64,000 nucleotides of DNA from Eledone cirrhosa. Its lineage: Eukaryota. How positions within the stretch are numbered: position 1 is the stretch's first letter; each line of letters opens with the position of its first letter. The DNA lies in NCBI GenBank assembly GCA_964016885.1, contig OZ024743.1, positions 343,976,001 to 344,040,000 on the forward strand. Direction: 5' to 3'. A program made the translations under genes and the position numbers. Under the pieces are notes generated by a model that saw only the letters and a list, made by a program, of their open reading frames with translations, made no database searches and was not told the origin of the DNA. Below, piece after piece: positions 1 through 13,300 of the stretch.

Positions 1-834
1 AATTGTGATGATTGACTATTAATTCGACTGTGAGTTCGCACAACAGCTCCAATTAGTGGAGAAATCTATGAGTATGCAGGTGTGGCAAGCCACATATATT
101 CTATCCATTAGAAAAAACAAAATGGATGCTTCCCCTTCGAATGAGAGATGTCCCAAGAAGAAAAAGAAAAGATAATTAAATCTGAGAATTTTTTGATTTA
201 AACATCTGCTTGCCCTTTGTAGTTCATTGGTGATTATACCTAGTGGGAAGGCTCTTTAAGCAAGTTTATTTTTCAATTCGTTCAGTCCTTGATCACGTTT
301 ATCCATATCCAATACTATTGTATATATTCTTTTAACTAAGTTATAAGAAATGTTCATTTAAGAACACGCATCTACCCCTGGAACTGTCAAAACCGTGTCA
401 AATATCCATTGAGTGGATCTTGCCTCTAAATGCAACCTTCTCACCCCTAGGTGAAATCTAGACGAATTATAGTAGATTTACCTATCATCCATATTCATTT
501 AAGTGCAGGAACAAGGGGAATTTCATTTCCATGTCCCATTTCATCCAGAGACTCCACGACTAATGGTTCAACACCCACAACATTAATTGGAGCATCCTGG
601 ACAGAGCACCTTCTCACCGCATCAGGGGTTGCAACTGCGAAACCTGCCTCTGTGAGAGATTGTATATACTGCAGTAACATGTGATATTCATCAAGATGAA
701 ACTGACTTAATGTTTTGCTGCTAGCGGAGAAGCACTGTGTTAGCCAACTTCAAAACATTGAAGCCGGATATTCCACAAGGGCCAGCTAAGATACATATAA
801 AGGGCAAACACCCGCCACCCTCAAACTAGCTTAC

Positions 835-1710
835 CACCGGCATAAAGAAAGCAGAGATGACACACCAACCATGCCATATGCCCCCCCCCAAATACAAGAT
901 CAAATAGAAACCATCATTACACCAGTTCCCAGATATCCCTATAAAGAATTTCAAGTATGTGAAATCGTTCACATATCTTGGCAGTAAGGTGAACTTAAAT
1001 GCATCTCTCAATGGCGAGATAACTAATCGTACAGGGAAAGCACGAGTGCATTTGGAAAGTTCCACCATCGTCCTTGGAATGAGAAGGAATAAAACAGGAC
1101 ACGAAAATACAGGTTTATAAAGCTGTTGTGTTGAACACATTCTATATGGATAAGAATGTTGGACTCCATATATGTCACACATCAACCAACTAGACATAAA
1201 GGCAATCTGTGGGTACACATTCGAATACAAAATATTTAACGCTGACATCTTCACTAAGTGCAAAATTGGAGACATTGAGGCCTTTTTTATGAAATCACAA
1301 CTACACTGGGCTGGATATGTCATTGGGATGAGTGACAAAAGAATACCAAGTCCTCATGTACAGCCAGCTTGATGGTGGATATAGAAATGTTGGCCAAGGC
1401 TCAGGTACAAAGACAAACTGAAGACTAATCTTTCAGCAACCAATATACCTTATGAGATATTTGAGCAAGTGGCATTGGAACGGAAGAACTGAAGATCTGT
1501 GTCATAATAGGATCAGGAACTTCGAGTTCAGTTGTATCCATAGGTTACAAGAAGCAAACATGCCAGAAACGTTATCCAGTAAACTTCACGCTTGCAAGAC
1601 CTGTGGACTTGCTTGTAAATCCTTGGCAGGTCTAAAATGTTAAAGGTCCAAAGTGGATTAACTGAATAGGTTCGGATCCTCATACGTCGAGATTGATAGG
1701 AGAATCCATT
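835..1710 (+). mobile_element. Degenerate 3' part of an RTE-clade (BovB-like) LINE
   Basis: Frameshifted remnants of RT/thumb motifs: VKSFTYLGS, ITNRTGKAR, KIQVYKAVVL..LYG.ECWT, QLHWAGYVIGMSDKRIP, and a C-terminal CKTCG..C zinc motif. Confidence 0.8.
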
Positions 1711-1711
1711 A

Positions 1712-2546
1712 TCTATATAAATAAAACTGAGGATGTGTGTGTGTGTGAGTTTGAATCCCTAAAACTCGAGAAGCACCAAACCGACTGTTTTCAAACTTTA
1801 CACATGTAATACTTATGTTTCAGGCGATTTAGCGATCTGCATTAGGCGATTTAGCGATCTCTCTCTATAATTCTTAGTCTTTCTCTTTTTAGATAGATAC
1901 ATGAATATAACGGCGCGCCCTTATAATATCTGTCTGTATGTCTGGCTGTCTGCATTTCGTCACTTCCCTGAGGATGTGTGTGTGTGTGAGAGTTTGAATC
2001 CCTAAAACTCGAGAAGTCCCAACCGACTTTTTTCAAACTTTACATGTGTATTACTTATATTTCAGGGAATGATATGCACATAAAAAATTCAACTTTTTGA
2101 TCCCTAGGGCCCACATTAGGTGAAAAACTGCGTTTTTTTTAAAAACTTTTTAGGGACTTTTTGAGGCGTTACGTGAGACCGATTTCCTTGAAATTGTAAC
2201 TATGTATTAGTCAGTCTCTTCTTCATATCGTGAGCAAAGAAAATCCAACTTTTTTGTGGAATAGTTCAGTTGTGTTTGTAACTGTATTTTATTTGTGTAT
2301 AGTGTGTTTGCAATTGTAAATGTGTATATGTGTATGTGAGTATTTTGTAACTGAGGCCCGCATTAGGTGAAAACCTGCATTTTTCCTGTTTCATCGAGTA
2401 AAATCTTAAAGATTATCCAGCCATCAGAGTATTCGGTTTATTTTCTTTACACATTGTCCAGGCATGCAGTTTTTCCACGATTAGGTCTGTTGGCGGCCCG
2501 CGTTCCAAAATACCTTATCCCGTGCAACGCCGGGTACCACTGCTAG
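1712..2546 (+). mobile_element. Non-autonomous Helitron
   Basis: 5' A|TCTATATAAATAAAAC; 3' imperfect hairpin CCCGTGCAACGCCGGG about 9 nt before CTAG|T; inserted between A and T with no TSD; internal duplication of the 5' module (1727-1830 vs 1968-2066). Confidence 0.75.
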
Positions 2547-2578
<32 letters not shown>

Positions 2579-3312
2579 TATATAGAATGAAACGCCTGTT
2601 GAGAAAGGGTATCCACGTTCTATCTTAGGATACATTTCTGACTTGCATATTGCACAACCCGGAGTGTTGATTTTGGATTCCCAGAAACCAATCGAAGATA
2701 TTTTATAATATCTATCGATCAGGTCCAGGTTCATATATAACCTGTTTGTATTTTCGTTGTTGTGGTGGTTTTTGTGGCAGTTTTTTACCCGGTCGCAATT
2801 TTCAATTTGTCACACCTTTAACGTATATTTATTACCCTGAGCTATAATTTATCGATATCATCTCATTGAGTGCTTGTACCAGCTTCTGAGGATTGTTTTC
2901 GAAATATGCTAGTCGCAGCTGCAACTTCGATTTTATTCACTGTCATCTTTATATATCTTTATAGTAATATATATAGAGTTATATATATATAAGTTACAAC
3001 TACAGACCCATACCAGGTATGTTCCCGTTGTAGTAACTAAAACGTGTTATGGCGCTGTTAGTAAGTAAAAGCCTGATAAGGTTCTGTTGTAGTAACTAAA
3101 AGTACTGCAATATGTATGTTATAGTATGGTATGGTACCGTAACTCTTGATGGAATCGTAGGGACGCCGTATTGACATACGGCGTTTCTTGGGCATTTTAA
3201 GCCTGGCGTAGCCCATCCCTTTCCAGGTCTGAGTGCAATAGATTACTTCGGGAGAAGGATAGAATGTGATAGAGAAGAAGTGAGAAAGAGATGTAGAAGA
3301 AGAATCGACACA

Positions 3313-3428
3313 GTACTAGACTGGTACTTTTTTTATCGACCTCGAAAGGATGAAAGGCAAAGTTGGTGGGATTTAAACCTAGAGAGCCGGAACAAATACC
3401 ACATAGCATTCTTCGACTCGCCGCCCTA
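3313..3428 (-). mobile_element. tRNA-derived SINE family A (Nin-type core), degenerate
   Basis: Reverse complement of the core CTTTGCCTTTCATCCTTNCGGGGTCGATAAAA..AGTACCAG, which recurs more than 10 times in the window. Confidence 0.7.
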
Positions 3429-3576
3429 CTATATATATATATATATATATGTGTGCATGTATGTATATATATATACATACTACTGTACGTCTGTATACAT
3501 ATATGTATGTACGTGTACATACTTATATTTAACAGCCGTACTAAGAGTGAGAAATGAAATTTCGTTTCATTTTTTC

Positions 3577-3667
<91 letters not shown>

Positions 3668-3700
3668 TACATATACACATCTATGTATGTATATATGTCC

Positions 3701-4152
<452 letters not shown>

Positions 4153-4362
4153 CGAAGAAGAAGAAGATAGACGTGTTTTTGTTTCGCTCCTGCATTTTGT
4201 CGGAATTTATTACGAGGAGCGGTAGGTTTGTTTAAGCTACTTGTTATTTGTTGTGTTTAACCCCTCGCCTGGGCCTGCAGACGTTGGGTAAAATAAATTT
4301 CGCTCCTTTTTGGGGCGAAATTTTATAGTTATAAGTTATCGATAAAAAGACGTTTAGTGACA

Positions 4363-5960
4363 ATGGACGCCATTAACATGACGCATGCCACGCCCCCCAA
4401 GGAAAGTGATAGACAGAAGGTAGCAGCAAAACGCTGTAAGCCTTCCCTCCTCACTCCCGCAAAAGACACCACGGAATCCAAAGAAAAAATTGTGAAAATG
4501 GGTGAAAACCCCAAAAGTAACAATTACACAAACAAGAACAACAATGACAATAACAACACAACCAACAACAGCAACAATGATAATAACAACACAACCAACA
4601 ACACCAACAAAGGAAAAAAGCAAGCCAACACGAATAACAACAACAACAATGATGACAACACGAAAGAAAACGGACCCACAGCTGCAGTCTCCTTCGTACA
4701 GGCGCTTCGAGAAACGCAGACATACAAGGCACTGGACATCTCGAATGCCAAGAAATTGCTGAAAGAAGCAAGAAATTGTGTAAGTTTCGAGGAAGGTGGG
4801 GAATTCACAATTACCCCCCGAAGAAATTAGAAGGGACACAGTCCTCAGGACCGTAATTTTTAGGACAGTTTCGAACACGACTAGGAAACCGGCTCAATTG
4901 TCCTAAAGCGAAATTGAGCTGGTCCCAAGTAGTGCCTGGAAGGATATCGCTTTCATACAGAAAGGGAAACTGTATCGAAGCATATCTGTTTTAATGCAAG
5001 ATGAATTGGCGGCACGGAAATATTCTGTGTCACCAATTGTATCCAAAGCATACACCTTTTTCCCCACATATTCGGGGAAAATAACTCAAAAGATAAGAAT
5101 CTCGGGCATCAGGCCAAATGCGAGCATTTGGTGGGTGCTAACGGGATTCTTAGAAGATGAGGACACAATCCTTTCGATAGACGAATCCACCGGGGGCGTA
5201 TTCGGCGGCAATAGCCTTGAAGTTCTGGTCCAAATGAGACCAGAACAGATAGCAAGAATACCGCAGCGTGTGTCCCTGGATGAAGTCGCCTTCATAAACA
5301 TTTCTGTTGTCCCCTTTTAAATGCCCCCCCCCCCTCCCCCCAAAAAAAGACGCTTCTGCCCACCCCACACACAACAACACAACCACCACCACCACAACAA
5401 ACACAACAACACGAAAAAATAACAACACAAGACACTGCCCCACCCATCCCTCCCCCCTAAAACAAATACAAAAGCAACCACAACAAAACCCCAAAATATA
5501 CCCCTCCCCAACAACACGGACGAGGACCCCTTATCAACGTCACCTAGTGACGACGAGGGAGAACCCTTTCAACCGGTAAAAAGAAAGAAAAGAAGGCACC
5601 ACATCAACATAAATACAACAAACACACAGCCACCAGCACAAACAGAACAAACATCACAAACAAAAAACCCATCCCTCCCGAAAACATAACACATACTACA
5701 AGACGCAAACACACACAAGAACAACAAACAAAAACAAACACAACAGGACAAAAACAGTATACATACATCAACACAAACAACAAAACACTTGTGCAAACAA
5801 TAGACAAAGACGCGTTGTGAACATTTTCGCCGCATTGGTGAACATTTTCCATTCGGTTTCCACCGAAGGGAAAATGTTCACCAACGCGGCGACTAAACCG
5901 TATTTAAAAATGATTAGGGTCCAAAGGGACACCTACGCAATGCTCAAACAAAACTTTCCC
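4363..5960 (+). pseudogene. Tx1 ORF1 (gag-like), frameshifted, zinc knuckle deleted
   Basis: ORF fragments 4357-4830 and 4994-5320 are homologous to copy 3 ORF1 (AYTFFPTY, IWWVLTGFL, VQMRPEQIA). Confidence 0.85.
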
Positions 5961-5962
5961 GG

Positions 5963-8734
5963 GTCGTTCTGCTGCGAAAACACCTGGGCCTCGCAACACG
6001 GAAGGTACACCTGGACCCGGAGGGCCAACTGGTGGTTCTAGACGTCGGCAGTAGTGAACGTGGAGCCTTCAGGCTGGTGGCAGCGTATGGCCCATCTGGG
6101 ACACCACGACCGGACTTCTTCCAGCGCTTAGAGACTTTTCTGGGAACGTCTCGCTCCTTGCTTTTAGTGGGGGACTGGAATGGTATCCTGGATGCACGTT
6201 GGGACTATGTAGGGGCATGTCCCGATAGAGGTGGGTGTAACAGCCTCAAACGGTTAACCGGCTGCTTTGATCTGGCCGATAGATATCGACTAGATTTTCC
6301 GACTGTGCCACTGTGGACGTTGACTAATCGTAGCGGAACATCTAGGTCGTACCTAGATAGGTTCCTAGTTAGAAATAAGGAAAGGGACATATTAAGCTGT
6401 CCACGAATGTTCATGGTTGACTATTCGGATCACAAGTTGGTGACCGGAGTGGTCAACCTTGATAGAACCCATAGACAAGGACCCGGTTACTGGAAGCTAA
6501 ACTTGTACTTACAGACAAACAAAGCTTACAGTAAGCGGGTTAGCACTCTAGTTAAGCAGCGGTTGACGGGTCAATTGTCAACAGCAGGTGGTGGGGCTCT
6601 CTCAAGAGAGAAATTAGAATAGAGTCGATAGGTTTTAGTAAGGAATTAGCATCAGATAGGAATAGAACTGAAAGGGAATTGATAGATAGAGTAGAAGAGG
6701 CGATTAGGAGTGGCAACGTGGCCGGCGTGCTGGCGTCAAGAACGGCCCTAGACCAGTTCTTTGATGTGAAGCACGGGGGTTGCGTTGTAAGGAGTAAAAT
6801 ACGTAATCTGGGTAACGAGGGAGCCAAAGCTGTTAGCTGGGCCCGAGTGACAGAGGAAAAAAGTGGAAACAAGTCCACGATTCGGTCTTTGAAGGGCCAG
6901 GATGGACGCGTGATCCTTGAACCTGAGCGGATGAGCGCGGCCTTTCAACGGCGCTTTGCACGACTGTTCGGGAGGGGCGGCGGGCCGGGTGAGGCCATGG
7001 ATTTCGGTCCATACCTCGACGGTCTGCCGCGGCTCTCGGACTGGGAGGCGAAGTCCTGCGAAAGGCCGATTTCAGCTGCTGAGATAGGGGAAGCGCTGAG
7101 CCAATGCGGCAAACGCAAATCTCCCGGTCTCGATGGTCTACCATACGAACTTTATGTAGCGATGCCGGACTTGTTCTCCAATCTCCCCGAGGCGGTCTAC
7201 TGCAACTGGCAACAGAACGGGAGAATTCCCAGTTCTGTGACCAAGGTCGTAGTCACGCTGGTGCGGAAGGACGAGAACAAGGGGGATGACATAGATAACT
7301 TCAGGCCCATAACTCTGCCAAACACAGAGTTAAAGATTTTGGCCAAGGTGTTAGCGAAGAGGTTGGCGCTTGTCGTCGGGAACCTGGTGGGAGAAGCTTA
7401 GACATGCGCAATCCCGTCCAGGTCCATACACGACAACCTCCACCTCATGCGATACATCGTAGAGAGGGTAGGGAACGAACCCGGCTTTGGTGGGGTCCTG
7501 ATCAACTTGGATCAGTCTAAGGCGTTCGATAGGGTCGACCATCGGTACCTGGATGCGGTGCTCGCGGCGGCAGGCTTCGGACCCGTTTTCAGGGGCTGGA
7601 TTGCTGCAATGCACAACACCAACACCTGCGCGTTCCATCCGACAGGGATGCCCTCTCTTCTCCCTTCTGTATGTGCTGGCTCTCAAGCCACTACTGCGGA
7701 AGTTGGAGCTGTTGCAGGGAATTCCCTTGGAACTGGGATTGCAGAAAGCGGTGTCGGCCTACCAGTAATGGCGTCGTGCGACTCGGAAATCAGGCAGATC
7801 GGCACCCTACTGGAGGAATACGAAAGGTTTACAGGAGCCAAGCTGAACCGGGACAAGTCCGTCGGTTTGCAACTCGGAACGTGGAGAGGCAAACCGATGC
7901 CCTCCGACGGCGTCGTCGGACGCTGGACGGAGGGACCGGTGAAGCTGCTCGGGGTCTGGTTCGGACCGGACCTCCAGGTGGAGAAAAACTGGGACGAGGT
8001 AACGGGCAGGGTGTTTGCACTCGCCCAGAAGTGGGCCGAGTGCAAACTATCCCTGAAAGGTCGAGCCGAGGTGGCGAACACTTATATAGCGTCCGTCATC
8101 TACTACCGCTTGACCGTCGTGCCTTGCCCAGCGAAAATGCTCACCAAAATGGAGCGCGCAGGTGCGACGACGCCCTCGGAGAAGCTCTAGGCATGGAGGA
8201 AAACGAACTGGCTAACCTGTTCGGTAGGACATTCAGCTGTGCTACCGAGGGGTTCTGCCCGTTCGAGAAAGGCTCTACAGACACGGGCGCTCGGGTAGGG
8301 ACCCCTCGAAAAAGATCTGTCCCAGATGCGTGTGCGACGAGGAAACCGTTGCACACGCATTGGTACACTGCTCGGGCATTGCCGATCTGTGGGGCTATGT
8401 CGAACGACTGCTGTCACGGGTGATACCGATCTGGTTGACCACCGAGTCTATTGTAATGATCAAGCTGCCTCCCCTCTTCAAAAACGAAGGAGAGGCGGTG
8501 TTTCTATGCGTAATAGCCATGGCGAAAGAGGTTGTAAGGTGGACGCGTCTGAAAGGACTGAGGTCAGACACCTTTCTCTCTGGCCAACAACTGGTCCGTT
8601 TCTTCCGATATCATTTCGGAAGAAGGATCAGGATGGAGAGAGAGGTACTGCACCCCATCCGTTTCTATGAAAGATGAGTGAAAGTGGCGAGAATGACCCG
8701 TGTGAATGGGCCTTCACTCTACATCAGACTGTAG
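5963..8734 (+). pseudogene. Tx1 ORF2 (APE endonuclease-RT), disrupted
   Basis: Fragments carry LVGDWN, YSDHK, FRPITL, LDQSKAFDRV, IRQGCP; a 13-nt deletion at about 7762 removes the YADD aspartates; stops and frameshifts. Confidence 0.92.
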
Positions 8735-8989
8735 GTGAGAAAGATGAAAGATCAAGGGAGCACCCTCTCTCTGCCTCCTGAGGAGAAGGGTTGCACACTT
8801 TTTTCGGGGGTGTGTGCGACCCCCACAAGGCGCCTCCTCCCTATTGAAGATTTTGTTATTCAATTTATTTTTGTTATATTTTATATTTTATATTTTTATA
8901 TTTTGTTATTGCCTCCTCCTTAGTGAGGACGCCTTTTTATGTAAACTCCCCCAATTGTACTTGTCCCTGGTGGCAAATAAAAAGAAAGT

Positions 8990-8992
8990 TAT

Positions 8993-9057
<65 letters not shown>

Positions 9058-9061
9058 AATC
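8990..9061 (+). repeat. (TCTA)n microsatellite between Tx1 copies 2 and 3
   Basis: Tetranucleotide run. Confidence 0.97.
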
Positions 9062-10342
9062 TCGAACAAAAGTAAAAAACCAGCTCAACCATCACAGAGC
9101 GAGATAGAGCTGGTTTTAAAAGACGTCATGAAGGACATCACCTTCATTCAGAAGGATAGACTCTACGGGAGTCTATCCATTCTCATGAAGGACAGGGACA
9201 CAGCAGTGAAACTGTCCATCAAACCAATCACATCCACCGCATACACCTTCTACCCTACGTACATGGGTAGAAGAACACAACAAATAAAAATCCACACCAT
9301 CCTGCCGATTATGGACATATGGTGGGTTTTGACAGGTTTTCTGGACCTGGAGGATGACATGCTGGTGTCCATGGGAAAGGCATCGGGTGACGCGTTCAGT
9401 GGAACGAGCCTCGAACTTGTAGTTCAAATGAGGCCCGAAAGGATCGCCCAGATCCCTGAACGCGTCATACTGGATGATCTAACCTTCATCAACATTACCG
9501 TTGAGGGTAGACGGCCCTCATGTTACCTCTGCGGAACCAGAGGTCACCTGAGGGCTGTCTGTCCCCAACTTAATAAGAAAACCCCAATCCTGCCTACACC
9601 ACCAACAACTGCACTACCAACACAATCACCACAACTACCACTACAAAAACAACCACCACAGCTCAAACCAAAACAAAACAATGTCCAACCCATCCCCTCC
9701 ACTCAAAAAACAAAAACAATTTCCAAAACACCCGTACCGCAAACACAACCCGAAAATATACCCCTCCCCTCCAACGCGGAAGATGACCCTAGTTCGTCGT
9801 CAGACGAGGAGGAGCACTTCCACACAATCAAAAGAAAAAAAAGAAAACACACCTCAGACACACAAATGAAAAAAACCCCTCCCCAAAACATAACACTGAC
9901 ACCAACACAAAAGAGCTCACAACAACAGCAAACAAAAAACACCACACAAAAACAAAAACATGCATACACATACATAAACACAAGAAACAAAAAACTGTTA
10001 AACATTGTGTACAACAACAATCTAATAAAAACACAAGGGCCTAACTTCACCCAGGCAGGGGATTTCCCCCACCTCAAAATGATTAAGGCCCCACAGGACA
10101 CCTATAAAACTTTAAAAAACAATTTTAAAGAGGACGTGGGTCCCCCCTGCGTCGGGCCCATTAACCGCGTCCTCCTAAAAAACTATCCCACCCCCTCCCT
10201 AAACACCCACACAACTCCAAGCTCCCCAACCACACAACACACTGATGCCCCCACACTTCCACAAACCACCACCCCACCCAACAACCCATCCCCCACCCTA
10301 ATGGAAATTGTGCAGCCCGATACCCGGGACGCAGAGAGGTAA
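9062..10342 (+). CDS. Tx1 ORF1 nucleic-acid-binding protein (N-terminally truncated; first ATG 9128)
   Basis: Frame open from the junction; CCHC zinc knuckle CYLCGTRGHLRAVC; Pro/Thr/Gln-rich region; basic KRKKRK patch. Confidence 0.88.
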   Translation, partial: SNKSKKPAQPSQSEIELVLKDVMKDITFIQKDRLYGSLSILMKDRDTAVKLSIKPITSTAYTFYPTYMGRRTQQIKIHTILPIMDIWWVLTGFLDLEDDMLVSMGKASGDAFSGTSLELVVQMRPERIAQIPERVILDDLTFINITVEGRRPSCYLCGTRGHLRAVCPQLNKKTPILPTPPTTALPTQSPQLPLQKQPPQLKPKQNNVQPIPSTQKTKTISKTPVPQTQPENIPLPSNAEDDPSSSSDEEEHFHTIKRKKRKHTSDTQMKKTPPQNITLTPTQKSSQQQQTKNTTQKQKHAYTYINTRNKKLLNIVYNNNLIKTQGPNFTQAGDFPHLKMIKAPQDTYKTLKNNFKEDVGPPCVGPINRVLLKNYPTPSLNTHTTPSSPTTQHTDAPTLPQTTTPPNNPSPTLMEIVQPDTRDAER

Positions 10343-10366
10343 GTGCCTTTTCTCTTCACCACCAAC

Positions 10367-13300
10367 ATGGCTATGCTAAGAGTAGGCTGTTTAAATGCGC
10401 GTGGCCTGGGCTCAACTTGGAAGCAAGCAATGCTTCTAAATGACCTCAGGTCACAACGTATAGATGTGATGGTTATTTGCGAGGCCCGGATCAGCAACGT
10501 GCGACAGCTGGCCCCCACCTTTGATGACTTTGAGATGCACGCATCTCTCTGTCAGCCCGGAGGTGGGGGTGGAGTTGTCGTTCTGCTGCAAAAACATCTG
10601 GGTCTCGCAACACAGATGGTACATTTGGACCCGGAGGATCGACTAGTGGTTCTGGACCTTGGCAGTGGTAAAGGCGGAGCGTTTAGGTTGGTAGCCGCCT
10701 ACGGCCCTTTCGGGTCAATGCGGCCGGACTTCTTCCATCGTCTGGAGACTTTTCTAGGGACGTCCCGCTCCTTGCTATTAGTGGGGGACTGGAATGGTAT
10801 CCTAGATGCACGCTGGTACTACGTAGGGGCCTGCCCCGATAGAGAGGGGTGTAATAGCCTCAAAGGGTTAATCGGTCGATTTGACCTGGCCGATAGATAT
10901 CGACTAGATTTTCCGACTGCGCCAACCTGGACTTGGGCAAATCGTAGCGGATCATCTAGGTCGTACCTAGATAGGTTCTTAGTTAGAATTAAGGATAAGG
11001 ACTTTTTAAGTTGTCCAAAAATGCGCATGGTTGGCTATTCAGACCACAAATTAGTGACCTGCATGGTCAACCTTGACAGAACTCATAGACAGGGCCCCGG
11101 TTACTGGAAGCTCAACTTGTCCTTGCCGGCAAGTAGAGCCTACAGGAATCGGATTAGTACGTTAGTTAAGGAACGGTTGACTGGAGCGATCGTCAACAGC
11201 AGGTGGTGGGTATCTCTAAAGAGAGAGATTAGAGTAGTCTCGATAGAATTTAGTAAGGTTCTAGCTGCGGATAGGAATAGGAAGGAAAGGGAGCTAATAG
11301 ATAGAGTAGAAGAGGCAATTAGAAGCGGCGACGTGGCCAGAGTGCTAGCGTCGAGAACGGCTTTGAGCCAGTTTTTCGACGCGAAGCACGAAGGCTGCGT
11401 TGTCCGAAGTAAAATACGTGCTCTAGGGAACGAGGGGACCAAAGCTGTTAGCTGGGCCCGCGTGACAGAGGCCAACAGTGGAACTAAATCCACCATCCGG
11501 TCTTTGCGAGACCTGGATGGACGGGCGATTCTTGATCCTAAGCAGATGTGTGAGGCCTTTCAAAGGCACTTTGCCCGACTGTTCGGGAGGGGCGGGGAGC
11601 CGGTTGGGAACGTGGACTTCGGTCCATACCTCGACGGCCTGCCGCGCCTCTCGGACAGGGAGGCGAAGTCCTGCGAGGAGCCGATTTCGGCCGCTGAGAT
11701 AGAGGACGTGCTGAGCCAATGCGGCAAACGCAAATCCCCGCGTCTCGATGGTCTTCCTTACGAATTATATCTAGCTATGCCGGACTTGTTCCCCGATCTC
11801 CTCGAGGCGGTCTACTGCAACTGGCAACAGAACGGGAGAATTCCCTGTACTGTGACCAAGGGCGTAGTCACGCTAGTGAGGAAGGACGAGAACAAGGGGG
11901 ACGAAATAAGTAACTTCAGGCCCATAACTCTGCTAAATACAGAGTTACAGATTTTGGCCAAGGTGCTAGCAAAGAGGTTGGCGCTTGTCGTGGGCAACCT
12001 GGTGGGAGATGCGCAGACATGCGCTATCCCGTCCAGGTCCATCCATGACAACCTCCACCTCATGCGATACATCATAGAGAGGGTTGGGAACGAACCCGGC
12101 TTTGGTGGGGCTCTGATCAACTTGGATCAATCTAAGGCGTTCGATAGGGTCGACCATGGTTACCTGGATGCGGTGCTAGCGGCGGCAGGCTTCGGACCCG
12201 TTTTCAGGGGCTGGATCACTGCTATGCACAGCAGCCGCATCTGCTCTAGGGTCAAGGTGAACGGCTACCTCTCGGAGCCGTTCAAAATCGCGCGGTCCAT
12301 CCGACAAGGGTGCCCTCTCTCCTCCCGTCTGTATGTGTTGACTCTCGAGCCACTACTGCGGAAGTTGGAGTTGTTGCAGGGCATCCCTTTGGAACCGGGA
12401 TTGCGGAAAGCGGTGTCGGCCTACGCCGATGACGTGACAGTAATGGTGTCGACGGCCTCCGAAATCGAGGCGGTCGGCACCTTACTGGAGGAGTACGAAA
12501 AGTTCACAGGGGCTAAGCTGAACCGGGACAAGTCGATCGGTTTGCAACTCGGCACGTGGAGGGGCAGACCGATGCCCTCCGATGGCGTCGTCGGACGCTG
12601 GACGGAGGGCCCGGTGAAGTTGCTCGGGGTCTGGTTCGGACCGGACCTCCAGGTGGAGAAAAACTGGGCGGAGGTTACGAACAGGGTGTTTGCACTGACC
12701 CAGAAGTGGGCCAGTTGCAAACTATCCCTGAAAGGTCGGGCGGAGGTGGCGAACACTTATATAGCGTCCGTCATCTACTACCGCCTGACCGTAGTGCCCT
12801 GCCCAAGGGAAACCCTCACCGAGATGGAGCGCGCGCTCTTCCAATTCCTTTGGAAGAGGCGGGCTCCCATGGTGAGGAGATCCATCTGCTGTCAACACCC
12901 TTCGAAAGGAGGGCTGGGGATGCCGTGGCTAATGATGCGTAAACACGCATTAAGGCTACGGCACCTCTACGTATTCCTCACCGGACAACCGGTGTGGGCC
13001 TCGTTTGTGAGACGAACCTTTCCCAGACTCGTCTCACTCACCGAGCTGCAATCCTGGGTCAAGCAAAGACCGAGAAAACTGGGCGCCTGGCACACTGAGT
13101 GTGCCCAGGCGCTCACCGCCCTCTGGCAGGCGGATCCGGTTATCAGTGGAGACACCACCGCAACATTCTATAGAGGGCTGGTACGCAGCAGGTGCGACGA
13201 CGCCCTCGGAGAAGCCCTAGACATGGAGGAGGACGAACTGGCCAGCCTGTTCGGTAGGACATTCAGCCCGGGACCTATGGACAACTTCCAGAAGTCCCTG

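Larger units (their letters stand above)
4153..8987 (+). mobile_element. Tx1-clade LINE copy 2 (5' end apparently complete, internally deleted, inactive)
   Basis: 5' UTR, disrupted ORF1 and ORF2 colinear with copy 3, 3' UTR with AATAAA at 8976; (TCTA)n on both sides. Confidence 0.92.

Noticed and set aside
451-684. Short overlapping ORFs at the window start
   Set aside because: No recognisable motif in any frame; cannot be assigned.
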